This document shows positions 26,625-40,524 of a stretch of DNA of 64,000 bases, one piece after another. Numbering within the stretch: position 1 is the stretch's first letter; each line of letters begins with the position of its first letter. Source of the DNA: Octopus vulgaris (Eukaryota). The DNA is taken from positions 1,736,001-1,800,000 of the forward strand of contig OX597814.1 of the NCBI GenBank assembly GCA_951406725.2. The letters are read 5' to 3'. The position numbers and the translations under genes were made by a program. The notes under the pieces are model-generated. The model saw only the letters and a program-made list of their open reading frames with translations. It had not been told where the DNA came from and searched no databases.

Positions 26625-26765
26625 TGAACTTCTTTCAGTTTCCGTCTACGAAATCCACACACAAGGATTTGGTCGGCCCGCGGCTGTTGTAGAAGACATT
26701 TACTCAAGGTGCCACACAGTGAGACTGAACTCGGAACAATTTGGTTCGGATGCAAACTTCTTAAT
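26625..26765 (-). mobile_element. Degenerate SINE family A head
   Basis: cttctttcagtttccgtctac.aaatccac...caaggtgccacacagtg; similar remnant at 25365-25490. Confidence 0.7.
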
Positions 26766-26874
26766 CGTACATACACATATAAACACGCATAAATGCGCAT
26801 ATATATGTGTGTGTGTGTGTGTGCCCGTGATACATACATACATACATATATATATATATATATGTGTATGTGTA

Positions 26875-26919
<45 letters not shown>

Positions 26920-27366
26920 ATATATAAATGTATGTATATATTTATATGCACACACACATATATAAATACACTGATATATACGCATACACATACACACATT
27001 CTCTCTCTCTTCTCCTCTCTCTCTCTCTCTCTCATTAGTAGACACAAAAGATGATTATCTTCTGTCCTGTGTCGAGAAGGTCACTAGGTTCCTGTTTATT
27101 GCTCTTCGTATTCCTGTTGACCGTATCTTGCACGTTTGGCCTATGTATATTTTAACTGCCTATCGATATTGGTAGCATTGATCTCCAGCTAAGATGTTAC
27201 CAGTTAATTTCACAGCCTCAAACAGCTTCGCTTTTCTCTTACAACAATATCGGACCAACTTTATCTGATTCTCGAAAATACCAATGGATCGCTATAGAAT
27301 AAATTTCCATTATTTCGTGCTTGAATGTCAACTTTTAAGGTCACCTGATTTATGAAAACAAAGAAC

Positions 27367-27915
27367 GCAGGAGTGGCTGTGTGGTAAGTAGCTTGCTAAC
27401 CAACCACATGGTTCCGGGTTCAGTCCCACTGCGTGGCACCTTGGGCAAGTGTCTTCTGCTATAGCCCCGGGCCGACCAATGCCTTGTGAGTGGATTTGGT
27501 AGACGGAAACTGAAAGAAGCCTGTCGTATATATGTATATATATATAATTTCAACAATTGAGGGTAAAATTAATTAATTATTAATCAATTTCACCAAGTGT
27601 TCAGTATGCAAAGGGACCATTTAAGATGCGGCGAAGTAATTTATTTTACTAAGCCCTTTTATATAATGTATATATATATATATATATATAAGTGTGTGTG
27701 TATATGTTTGTCTGTCTGTGTTTGTCCCCCTAGCATTGCTTGACAACCGATGCTGGTGTGTTTACGTCCCCGTCACTTAGCGGTTCGGCAAAAGAGACCA
27801 ATAGAATAAGTACTGGGCTTACAAAGAATAAGTCCCGGGGTCGATTTGCTCGACTAAAAGGCGGTGCTCCAGCATGGCCGCAGTCAAAGGACTGAAACAA
27901 GTAAAAGAGTAAAAG
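27367..27915 (+). mobile_element. SINE family A with ~120-bp AT-rich insert in its microsatellite spacer
   Basis: Head 27367-27527, foreign 27545-27665, tail 27715-27915. Confidence 0.85.
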
Positions 27916-28264
27916 AGTAAAGAGTAACGAAAAGAAGAAAGAAGGTAACAAAGAAAGAAGGAAACAAAGAAAGAAAGAAAGGAAGAAAGGAAGAAAGAAA
28001 TGGTACGACCATCGCCATTACTGGTACCATCGAACCCCACCCTCAACTCGCACCACGCATATTCCTTACCATCGCCATTACCAGGACCAGCTTTGCCATC
28101 CACTGCCATCGTCACGAACCAATGAAGTGGTTACGCGGTCGATGGAAATGCGAGAAATAACAGCCTAATGCTCTAGTATCGTACCCTGCAATATTACAGA
28201 GAACGCCACGTTATGTAGTCTTAGATAGACTGTGCCTGGAAAGCCGTGAGAAACTATCTTTTTC

Positions 28265-28381
28265 TCATCATCATCATCATCATCGTCGTCGTCATCATCA
28301 TCATCATCATCATCGTCGTCGTCATCCTCATCATCATCATCATCATCGTCATCATCATCATCATCATCGTCATCATCGTCG

Positions 28382-28425
<44 letters not shown>

Positions 28426-28675
28426 GTCGTCGTCATCATCATCATCATCGTCGTCATCATCATCATCATCATCTTCATCATCATCATCATCGTCGTCGTC
28501 GTCGTCGTCAGTATTATCAAAAACAACAAGAGTACTATAAACGTCATGGTGATAATGATGATGGTGCTGATGATGATGATGATGCTGGTGGTGGTGGTGA
28601 TGATGATGATGGTGGTGGTACTGATGATGATGATGATGATGATGATGGTGGTGGTGATGATGATGATGATGGTGG

Positions 28676-28761
<86 letters not shown>

Positions 28762-28765
28762 CTGC

Positions 28766-28806
<41 letters not shown>

Positions 28807-28807
28807 T

Positions 28808-28838
<31 letters not shown>

Positions 28839-29130
28839 GATGATGATGATGTTAATGGCGGTGGTGATGATTAAAATTGACGACTGCGATGATGACGACG
28901 GCGACGACGCCGAAGATGATAATAAAGATGATGACAATGGTAATGGGGATGACGATGACGATGACGATGCTGGTGATGACAAATATGACGATGACGACCA
29001 CGAAGATTGTGACGACGACGCCGCCGCCGCTGCCGACGATGACGATGATGATGATAATGGCGATGATTATAAATTGATGATGACTTCGCCGTCGTCGTCG
29101 GTGACGATGATCATGACGCCGCCGCCGCCG
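28265..29130. repeat. Opposed (CAT/CGT)n and (GAT/GGT)n arrays followed by degenerate GAC/GAT
   Basis: CAT tract 28265-28510, ~40-bp spacer, GAT tract 28545-28870. Confidence 0.9.
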
Positions 29131-29541
29131 ACCCCCGACGATATATCATCGCCCATTCTGCCCCATTGCATATCCATCTGATATACAATATACGACAATA
29201 CAATAACACTTTATTAAGTTCTCCGCCTTCAGTCCGTTTGATCGCGTTGATCCCCGATCTAATCCACAGCCGACTTCCACATAATAATCCTGACATTTCC
29301 TGACAACTCTTCTTCTCTCTCTTTGTTCTTCTTCTTCTTCTCATTGTTGCTGTTGTGGTACGGCCGGGGTGGGGCGGTGGTGGTGGTGGTGGTGGTGGTC
29401 CTATTTTCTCTTCTGTTTTCACTTATTGTTGTTGCTGTCGTTGTTGTTGTAGCAGTGGTTATATTTTGGCTCTATTCACTGTGTATGCATGGATGTACAG
29501 TCCAAATTATATATACGTGGGTGTGTGTATAACATATATAC

Positions 29542-29573
<32 letters not shown>

Positions 29574-29808
29574 ATGTGAGTGAGTATATGTGTACATACA
29601 CATATATATATGCATGTATATATATATATATATATGTTCATATATGTATATATGTACGCACACGCATACATACATACACACTCACTCACTCACACATACA
29701 CGCACTATCTCTGCGGTTGTTGCTATTTTTTGCTTCTTTTTGTTATTAGAATTAACGTCATTGAATTTGTTTATGTAGACGTGTTCATCGACTTCGCTTT
29801 AGGGTTTA

Positions 29809-29872
<64 letters not shown>

Positions 29873-30228
29873 ATATATATAAATACGTATAAATGTGTGT
29901 GTTTGTGTTTGTGTGTGTATACATAAGTATATATTTAAACCTACATAAGTAAATGAGTGTGTGTATATATACACACCCGCACATATATATATATACATAC
30001 ACACACACACACACACATATATATATCCATGCCCGTGTAGCTATATATACATATAGGCGTCCATACATAACTCATATACATACACACACGCACGAATATA
30101 TAATCTCGTGAGTATATACACATAATTTAGGATTATACGCTTTTGTTGTCACAAAATAAAAAGTTGTAATGAATTACATTTAAGCTTGTTTGTTCTATAT
30201 ATCATTATTATTATTATTATTATTATCA

Positions 30229-30317
<89 letters not shown>

Positions 30318-30853
30318 GCTATTATTACGCTCACTGTAGTTCTGCATCTCATTGTTGTTCTCTCTGATATTACTGCTTGCTTTTGTTTTGCCATTGTTAT
30401 TCATTTATACTTATTTGATGGAAGACTTTGACAAAATGTTAGCCAAAGAATATATATGCATCTCATACAAGCTGGCTTCCTTTTGACAGCTGAGTCAAAA
30501 GCGTAGAGCAGAAGTACGGATTTTGACTTTAATAAATTCACAATGGGTTCTTTCCCGTAATCCGTTCATACATCACGCAGCTAAATGTACCAGAATGTAT
30601 TTTACTGCGATGCTATTACTGATATATTCATATCTATTAAGCATCAATTACTTAGATATAAAGTTTTAGTGTTTAATACCGATAAATACGAAAAAGGTTG
30701 ATTGACAAAATCGTGAGATCTGCTGAGGAGGAAGTTTCTGCGTTCGGCTTTATATAAAAAGAGTGGATGGTCACGGCTATGAGGATTTGATTGATATGGT
30801 CTGTTCAGGCAGAGCTGACTTGGGGCTAAATATTATCAATAACAAAAGACAAA

Positions 30854-30970
<117 letters not shown>

Positions 30971-30971
30971 G

Positions 30972-31295
30972 GTAGGAGCACTAGGAATGATCAAGAAGGG
31001 AACCGAAAATTATATGAGAATGATCCCTGGCTTACCATCCCTGCAAGAAGTGCAAAAGATTGTCTTAACTGGTACATCACACGTATTGAGAAGAGCATTG
31101 TCGATGTGAGAACTGTTGCTGCTCATGTATTTTAATTTAACTTTAAAAAAAAAATAATAAATAAAAAAATAAAAAAATAAACGAACTACTGAGTTTGGTT
31201 TAATGGCCTACCAATATACACTATGAGTTTCTTTGCCCTAGGAGTCGGGAAGACACTCGGCAAGAAATGGAAGAAAATTTGAAAGAAGAAAAAAA
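30972..31295 (+). mobile_element. R4/Dong-type LINE extreme 3' fragment within (TAA)n
   Basis: VGALGMIKKGTENYMRMIPGLPSLQEVQKIVLTGTSHVLRRALSM*; (TAA)n on both sides. Confidence 0.8.
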
Positions 31296-31320
31296 ATAAT
31301 AATAATAATAATAATAATAA

Positions 31321-31878
31321 ATGCCCTGATGCAGTACCAGGCACTGGTTCTCATGGCTTCTGATCTTAACTGATTGGAAGTGTTATCATGTACATTGTTT
31401 TATCTTGGTATAAAAGACGGGCTACAGCAAATATTCTGCTCAATACCACAGATTTGCCTGTCTGTCGTTTGACCTTAAACATTTGAGCATGTTCCTTGGT
31501 GGCTGAAAATATGTGCATCTCTGATCACATGCAGAAGGAGTGGGGGAGCATCATAGTCATGTGTTGAGAGGAATCCTTTGGGGATTGGAAAATTTCACCT
31601 CTGGAAACATGGGTGTTTTGTTCAGCATCCTTAAACAACTCTTATTCAGGGAACTTTTGAGCGGGATGGGCTACTCGGCCAGAAGAAAATTCTAACTGGA
31701 CCCCAACTGCGAGGTCATGTGCTGTTTATCTTGACATGAGGTCACCATGTCGCGCACATATGGTTGTGATGCATGTGCCTAGTGTAACCTTATCAGGGGG
31801 GTAGATATGATGGGTATAATGGGCTTCGTATATTTTACCCCAGTGTTACTTTGATCGCATGCACTGCTCTTTCACTCA

Positions 31879-31879
<1 letters not shown>
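31321..31879 (-). mobile_element. Non-autonomous ~560-bp retroelement (possibly RTE-UTR-derived) within (TAA)n
   Basis: No ORF or clear Pol III boxes; sharp boundaries against (TAA)n; second copy at 18538-18765; strand and origin are inferred. Confidence 0.6.
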
Positions 31880-31976
<97 letters not shown>

Positions 31977-32143
31977 TAAACGGCCCAAATATATGTTTAT
32001 TAAACAAGCATCTTTTTCTATACATGCACAGACACACGCACACGTGTGCGTGTGTTTATGTGAATGTATAAATGTAGATAAATACCCTTTATATATATTA
32101 TACATATTTTTATATGTATTTACATATATATGCATATATAAAG

Positions 32144-32174
<31 letters not shown>

Positions 32175-32273
32175 AACACACACGTACACATGTACATTAT
32201 GAATTACCATACACAAGCATGTATGTATGTATGTATGTATGTATGTATGTATGTATGTATGTATGTATGAATG

Positions 32274-32330
<57 letters not shown>

Positions 32331-33894
32331 GTCTGTCTGTCTATCTGTCTGACTGTCTCTTTCTGTTTGTCTCTCTCCCCCTCTCCCCCCTATCTATCTA
32401 TCTATCTATGGATATGAACACTATAGCTAAAAATTTCAACACTCCCTCCGACCTTAATCTCGTCGCCTCCAGTATAAAATTTGTTAATAAAAACGTGGTT
32501 ATTCATTATCTTATGCATCTTTGTGAGTTATAGCTTACACTTAGTGTCAGGGCTTGTTGTATGCTTTCGCACTCGTGGCTAATTTCATGGTAGAGTCCCT
32601 TAATTCTTTTTGTCTTTTAGATGCCTAAAGAATGTTTGTTAATGCGAAATGTTTTTGCTTCTATATATCTGAACATATGCGTATGTTGTGTTAATCAGGT
32701 TTTGAATGAATTTACAGTTAATGCAGTAAGCTATTTTATAACACCACAAGCATTGTGTATTAAGACTAAATTAACTACAGTGAGTTAACTATATTAGTTG
32801 TTTTATTGTCATCGAGACAGAAACTGACTCAGTGTTTTACTAAGTGGCTCAATTAAATGCTGACGAAGAAGAGAATCACCCATTCACTTGTTAGATTTTG
32901 TTGATAAAAATACAATAAATTTCGTTTTTCGATTTGGTTTGCAAGATTCTTTATGTGAGTTCGTGTTTTAAAACATAATTTGTTAGAATGACTCTCCCCA
33001 GACACAACAAAAAAAAAAATGCAATAAATAATTCATAAAAACCATCTTATTTTAAACTAAAATTTGAATTCACGGTCTGCATTTGCAATCACCAGTCAGG
33101 TTCGGTTCTGCTTTTCAATCATTTTTACACCCAAATATTTAAACCCACAAGATTGAAATTTCCTGACTGTAAACTGCAGGATTTAAGCAAACCGCTATAT
33201 TCAATAAACGTATTATTGATTTTTTAAGTAAATGTGTTTCTGCGATGGACACCTTTTAACTTCAAGTCTCTATTATAATTTCACTGAGACCCTTAAACTT
33301 ATAAACTCCTCCCTTGGTTAGTTTCCCGAAGGATTTTCCTTTGTTTATTTTGTAACATTTAAAGCCATTTCCTGTCACTACTTTAATTACATTAATTATT
33401 TAAGTTATCTTAATTATTTTTCTCATTTATCTCTCTTCTAAATTATCTCCATATTTCACTCATATATTTTAAACATTATCATTCAGTTCATTTTTCCCTT
33501 GCGATTGTCTCTGACGAAGCTAACGGGATTTTGCATGAATTCACTTTTAATAATTCTAACTGTCATTCAAGTTATCTCTGACTTTAATTATTTCGCTTCA
33601 ATTTTTATTTAAAATCCCCTTTAATATTCATAAATTCTTTGTTAACTGTTCCCCTCGCCTCATTTACTATATACTACCGAATCCATATGTTAATCAGGTC
33701 TGACCTGGTTTAGCAAGCGATCATAAGAAAGCAGAGTTTGCATATTCTGCTTTTCCTTCATCCTGTAAAGTCTTTCCCAATACTTTCACCAGCGGAAAAC
33801 CCAGACATCAATCCTGGTTATAGTTTATATCGTCAATTTTTCACTGTAGATGCTTCAACAGACTTCCAAGCAATGACAATACAGTAAATCCTTT

Positions 33895-34205
33895 ATCTTT
33901 TACTTGTTTCAGTCAGTAGACTGCGGCCATGCTGGGGTATCGCCTTGAAGAAGCTAGACGAACCGACTCCAGTACTTTCGTTTTAAAAGCCTGGTACTTA
34001 TCCTATCGGATCCTTTGCAGGGACGTAAATACAGCAACACCAGTTGCCAAACGGCGGTGGGGACAAGCACACACACACACTCTCTCTCTCACACACACAT
34101 ACACACACACACACACGTATGTACACACATACGACTAGCTTCTTTCAGTTTCCGTCTACCGAATCCACTCACAAGGCTTTGGTCGGCCCGAGGCTATAGT
34201 AGAAG
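33895..34205 (-). mobile_element. SINE family A, head truncated at a PLE fragment
   Basis: Tail and body in reverse; homology stops at gaggctatagtagaag. Confidence 0.8.
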
Positions 34206-34800
34206 GAATCCTTGCAAGAAGGATTTGCACCATAGTCCGAAAAAAGGGTCTAAGATTGCAAGAACTTAAAAACGTACCCCAGGACAGGCACTGCCTCACT
34301 CAACTCATAAATGAAGGAATTAAACGTACGAAATCGATTGATATTAAAACATTAAGAAAAGCCAAACACAACAACGGACCAACTTAAAACACTAACTTAT
34401 GTCTCCACAGACAACCCCAGGAACAAAAAAGCACGTAATATCATCGTCCAAAATCTCCCAATATTCCATAAGGGCCCCAAACATCAGGAAATTCTACATA
34501 ACCATAAAATCATTAAGAGCAGCAAGCAACCTAAGACATCAAAGAAGATCTCCACAAATGCCAAAATAAAAGACTTACCCCTTCTTTTGTAAGATATATG
34601 CCAGAACAAAATACAGACCGAAAATTAAATTACAGATTTACCTCCCCTTTACTGCAAAATAAATGACTAAACAATTGTCTCACCTAGTAATAAATCTTCT
34701 CCCAAGTAATGTCTATTTGTCAACCCTTAGCTGGATGAGCAATGCGAAACCGGTTCTTTATGTTGGAAAAACAAAATCTTATTTTGTACAAAATTGCATT
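34206..34800 (+). mobile_element. Decayed Penelope-like element fragment with HHR-like motif at 34721-34765
   Basis: KIIKSSKQPKTSKKISTNAK (~34507-34566) resembles the PLE RT-endonuclease linker; CTGgATGA-GCaatGC-GAAA-CCGG-TT with partial stem I caac..ag/ct..gttg. Confidence 0.65.
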
Positions 34801-34959
34801 ATTATCTTTATTATTATGACTCTAATATTGTGACTCTAATATTATGACTCTAATATTATGACTCTAATATGACTCTAATATGCTCCTTAACCCTGTAACA
34901 CAAATCTCCTGTCTCTTTTCATCTTTTCTCTTTCTCTTTCACACACATTATGTATATAG

Positions 34960-35068
34960 GTGTAGGAGTGGCTGAGTGGTAAGAAGCTTGTTTACGAACC
35001 ACATGGTTCTAGGTTCAGTCCCACTGCGTGGCACCTTGGGCAAGTGTCTTCTACTATAGTCTCGGGCC
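34960..35068 (+). mobile_element. SINE family A head
   Basis: gtaggagtggctgagtggtaagaagcttg...ggttcagtcccactgcgtggcaccttgggcaagtgtctt. Confidence 0.85.
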
Positions 35069-35214
35069 TTCCTTCTCCCCCTCCTCTCTCTCCCCCTCTC
35101 CCCCTCTCCCCCTCTCCTCCCCCTCTTCTCCTCTCTCCACACTACACCACACGACTTTACACATCACATCATATATGATGTGCCATACTAATACATACAC
35201 CAACTAATACATAC

Positions 35215-35450
35215 TGATACGTACTAATACATACTAATACATACTAATACATACACCAACCCTATACATACACACGTCCAGACCCCTCATACGCACTTAT
35301 ACTCTCTCATACACACACACACACACTTATACATACTAATACGTACTAATACATACTAATACATACTAATACATACACCAACCCTATACATACACACGTC
35401 CAGACCTCTCATACGCACTAATACTCTCTCATACACACACACACACACCC
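35215..35450. repeat. ~120-bp tandem duplication of CA-rich sequence
   Basis: caaccctatacatacacacgtccagacc.ctcatacgcact.atactctctcatacac occurs twice. Confidence 0.8.
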
Positions 35451-35554
35451 TCATGTTGGAGCTGGTCATTCAACCCTATTATCAACCCTATTATCTCCCC
35501 TTATTTCGCTCTCGCGTCTCATGTTTGATCTTTGACCTCCGGCCGAAATCAGAT

Positions 35555-35762
35555 CGCCATGTTGATTCGTTAGTTACTGCACGCATTTTTTTCTCTCCTT
35601 CTTTCTGTGTTTTTTCTCTCTGTGTATCTTTCTGTTGAAGAGCGTAGGCTCGAAACGTTAAAGACTTGTTTTATTTATATTTCCTGAGCGCCATACTAAT
35701 ACAATTGTTTGTTTGTTTCCCACCTGCCTTCGTCTTTTGTCTATTTTCATAAAGCTTCCCGT
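35555..35762 (+). mobile_element. Family C repeat with the best-preserved HHR-like motif (35627-35664)
   Basis: TCTTT-CTGTTGA-A-GAGCgtagGCTC-GAAA-CG-TT-AAAGA: perfect 5-bp stem I and 4-bp stem II. Confidence 0.8.
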
Positions 35763-36331
35763 TATATATATATATATACCATAGTTACACACACACAAGC
35801 ACACACTCAGGCACTCACACACACACACACACACACTCACACACACACATCAGCACACGATTCGCCCGGCGTCATTTCTACTTCTAGAATGAATTTTCAC
35901 ATGGAGGCTTCTTTACGTAATGTGACAAAAACGTGTGTGTGTGTGTACATGTGTGTGACTGCATGTATGCATTTGTATCGCAGAAAGACGAGAAACTGAT
36001 GAAATTCAAAAATTCGTACAGAAATATGAACGTCCATTAAGTGGAGTAGGTGGAGAGTGATTAACGACATGGTTTAAACGATAATCTAGCGATAAAAACA
36101 GCGTCTACGAAAACACTGAAATCTCTCGCTGATGAATTCTATATAAGGTAGAAAACCCTAAACTTAGTGCTGGGTGTAGAGTACCATTTATATTTCATTA
36201 TTTATTGCTTCAATTGTGTCCTAATGCTTATATGACTTACCTTGTATATATATATATATATTATGATTTAATTGAGATCTATCGCAAATAGAAGCATAAA
36301 AACGCAGTGATTTTTTTGCAGTATATATTGT

Positions 36332-36375
<44 letters not shown>

Positions 36376-37307
36376 GAGAAGTATTTTCATTGTGATGAGC
36401 TAGCAAAATCACATATATGAGTGTATGGGTGCATATAATGTCTGTGTGTTTGTTCAATATATATATATGTGTATGTATGTGTGTTGGTATATATTTGTAT
36501 GTGTATAAATTATTTATATACCCTTAAACGAAAGGGTACTTAATACAGTATGTAGAGCTTATACTTATATGTCAACCATTACACCCTGAAGCATTAAGTC
36601 ACACATACACAAATGCACACACACACATACACACACACATACGCACGCACACATACTCGTACGCACACACACACGCACACACTCGCAAACACACTCACAT
36701 ACACATGCACACACACATTCACACACGTGCACACACACACTTACACACACACACTCACACATACATACACGCAAACACACTCACATACAAACGCTCACAT
36801 ACACACGCACACACATTCGCAAACACACACGCACACGCACATTGACGCACACACACACGCACACATACACGTACGCACAGACACACGCAAACACACGCAA
36901 ACACACTCACATACACACGCACACACACACTCGCAAAAACACATACACGCACACACACACTCACACACGCACACACGCACACACACACAGACACACACAC
37001 TCACATACACACATACTGCATGTTGTGATTCATGAATTACACCTCCGACTTCACAACCGTAAAAAATCGATAAACAACTGGACGGTCACGGATAGAACGG
37101 CATTACCCTACCGGCATTGAACTCGAAATAAGCAACAAAAACAAAAACCAAACGAAAATATCAATATTTTAACTGAAAAACGCCAACGACGAAATCAACC
37201 AAGTTTTGTCTCAATCTGCTAAAATTGGGAGCTAAATTCCTCTCTGAGATCACAATTTTCTACCTTTAAAAATGAGCGATGGTTAAAGATGTCCCTAAGA
37301 TGTTTTG

Positions 37308-37620
37308 TTTTTTGTAGTTTGTTCCTTCTCAAGCCATGCCTGGCTCATAAGGGCTGGTTTCCCGGTTTCCTTGGCGTATAGGTCCCCCAGCTGGACGGGA
37401 CACCGGTCCGTCGCAGGTGAGCTGCAAGATGCAGGAGGAAAGAGTGAGAGAAAGTTTTGGCGAAAAAGTCAGCAGAACTTCGCCATTACCTTCTGCCGGA
37501 GCCGCGTAGAGCTTATGTGTTTCGCTCATAAGCACACACATCGCCCCGTCTGAGATTCGAACCTGCGATCCCTGGACCGCGAGACCGCTGTTCAAACCAC
37601 TAAGCCTTGTGCCTCTACAT
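37308..37620 (-). mobile_element. tRNA-derived SINE with V-domain-like 3' part
   Basis: Minus strand: A box AGGCTTAGTGG, B box GGTTCGAATCT, body as 6057-6250, then cctgcgacggaccggtgtcccgtccag. Confidence 0.8.
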
Positions 37621-37654
37621 GGCTAAGATGCAACGTTATCTAAAATAATATATA

Positions 37655-37888
37655 CCTATTTCTTTATTACCCACAAAGGGGCTAAACACAGAGAGGACAA
37701 ACAAGGACAGATAAACGGATTAAGTCGATTATATCGACCCCAGTGCGTAACTGGTACTTAATTTATCGACTCCGAAAGGATGAAAGGCAAAGTCGACCCT
37801 GGCGGAATTTGAACTCAGAACGTATCGGCAGACGAAATACTGCTACGCATTTCGTCCGGCGTGCTAACGATTCTGCCAGATCGCCGCC
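37655..37888 (-). mobile_element. SINE family B, full length
   Basis: Reverse complement of 8131-8388. Confidence 0.9.
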
Positions 37889-38287
37889 ATACATACCTTG
37901 CTTGGGATGGAACACGTTAATGAAGAATTTGTTTAATTACCAAGGTCTTGGCTACAACAAACACACACCAGCATTATCATCAACAACAACAGTGACGATA
38001 ACAACAACAAAAGCAATGAACTTCGTTTGACAGACATTTTGAACCGATGTCTTTGTTGTTGTTTTATCAAGTGTGGCCTCCATAAACTCTGTGAATGTGG
38101 ATCACATTTAGGATTCCGTTTTATCTATTGTTATTAGGAATCTATAATGAAATAGATGAGTAATTATATATATATATATATACAAACACAGACCGTCCCC
38201 CCATACACACATCTATATGTATGTATATATGTGTGTGTGTGTATATAGACTTATATATATATATATGTGTATATATATATATGTATG

Positions 38288-38409
<122 letters not shown>

Positions 38410-38484
38410 ATTCATTCACACAAACTTCTTTGTCTTGATAAATATCTTTCTATGCATACGTAAATGTTATAATATAAGTACAAT

Positions 38485-38515
<31 letters not shown>

Positions 38516-38949
38516 ATATATATAATTGTACTTATATTATAACATTTACGTAGGTTCAAGCAGATATCTATCGCGTACGATAACTTCAGACAGAAATACA
38601 CATACATATACATATATCTAAGATCTAAGCATATTTTTTTTTATTATTGGTGTGTGTGTGTGTGTGTAAGTGACTTAGTGTATGTGTGTGCGTGTGTGTG
38701 TGTGTGTGTGACCTACACAGACATATATATATAAAAATGAGCGAGTGTATACGTTTAATTGAGGTGAAAAGGTTAAATGTTGGTTTATCTCGAATTCCCT
38801 GCTGAATTAATGGCAAGCTCCATATGACGGTCCCGAGAGGGACTGGAAATATGGAGTTCATTCTACTTTTTATTCCTCATTACTGCAACATTTTAATGAT
38901 ATGATAATTAACAAATAATAGTCACAATTACTATTATTATATATTCACT

Positions 38950-39678
38950 ATTTCGGCTTTACGATCTGAGTTCAAACTCCGCCGAGGTCGACTTTGCCTT
39001 TCATCCTTTCGGGGTCGATTAAACAAGTACCAGTTACGCACTAGCGTCGATGTAATCGACTTAATCCGTTTGTCTGTCCTTGTTTGTCCTCTCTGTGTTT
39101 AGCCCCTTGTGGGTAGTAAAGAAATAGGTATTTCGTCTGTCTTAACGTTCTGAGTTCAAATTCCGCTGAGGTCGACTTTGCCTTTCATCCTTTCGGGGTC
39201 GATAAATTAAGTACCAGTTACGCACTGGGGTCGATATAATCGACTTAATCCGTTTGTCTGTCCTTGTTTGTCCTCTCTGTGTTTAGCCCCTTGTGGGTAG
39301 TAAAGAAATAGGTATTTCGTCTGTCTTAACGTTCTGAGTTCAAATTCCGCTGAGGTCGACTTTGCCTTTCATCCTTTCGGGGTCGATAAATTAAGTACCA
39401 GTTACGCACTGGGGTCGATATAATCGACTTAATCCGTTTGTCTGTCCTTGTTTGTCCTCTCTGTGTTTAGCCCCTTGTGGGTAGTAAAGAAATAGGTATT
39501 TCGTCTGTTTTAACGTTCTGAGTTCAAATTCCGCTGAGGTCGACTTTGCCTTTCATCCTTCGGGGTCGATAAATTACGTACCAATTACGCACTGGGGTCG
39601 ATATAATCGACTTAATCCGTGTGTCCGTCCTTATTTGTCCTCTCTGTGTTAAGCCCGCTGTGGGTAGTAAAGAAATAG
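38950..39678 (+). repeat. Tandem tetramer of A-box-less SINE family B (184-bp period)
   Basis: Junction aagaaataGGTAtttcgtctg at 39127, 39311 and 39495. Confidence 0.95.
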
Positions 39679-40079
39679 ATATGATAATTTACAAAAATAG
39701 TCACAATTAGTATTATTATATATTCACTATTTCGGCTTTACGATCTGAGTTCAAATAGTGCCGAAGACAACTCTGTCTTTCATGTTCTCGGGTTCGATAA
39801 AATAAGTACCAAGTGCTCACTGAGATCAACCTAATTGATTAACCTTCGGCTCTAAAGTTACTAGATTTGGGTCCAGATTTGAAACCATTCTGCATTTACT
39901 ATGGTGAGATGAGGCAGAGTGCAAGTGGTACATTCGTTACCTAAGGATTACGAGAACAAATTTTAGTCCAAGATCGTGAATACATTTAAGGAGATGAATG
40001 TCTCAACCTCTCATTTCTGGTGCAACTTTATAAACATTTTTCTTATATTTATTTACATAAATATATACATGTGTGTGTA

Positions 40080-40187
<108 letters not shown>

Positions 40188-40213
40188 CATCCGTCCGTCC
40201 GTCCGTCTGTCTG

Positions 40214-40374
<161 letters not shown>

Positions 40375-40524
40375 AAACATTGAATATTTGTGCGCGCGTG
40401 TGTGTCTCTACGTGTGCGCGCGTGTCTATTATGCAATTGTGCGTGTATGTGTGTTTCTACGCTTGTGTGAATGTTCGTGACCGGGAGTGCACACCCCTCT
40501 CCGTTAACCTGTATTCGGAGGATG

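Noticed and set aside
32900-33880. AT-rich non-microsatellite block, possible decayed TE
   Set aside because: No motif, terminal repeat or second copy could be identified by eye
36128-36160. CTGATGA followed by a ttcta/tagaa hairpin
   Set aside because: GAAA overlaps the stem and no stem III or stem I follows
38950-39678. Regular repeat array that could be mistaken for CRISPR or satellite DNA
   Set aside because: Units are contiguous SINE copies with no unique spacers, in eukaryotic context with no cas genes
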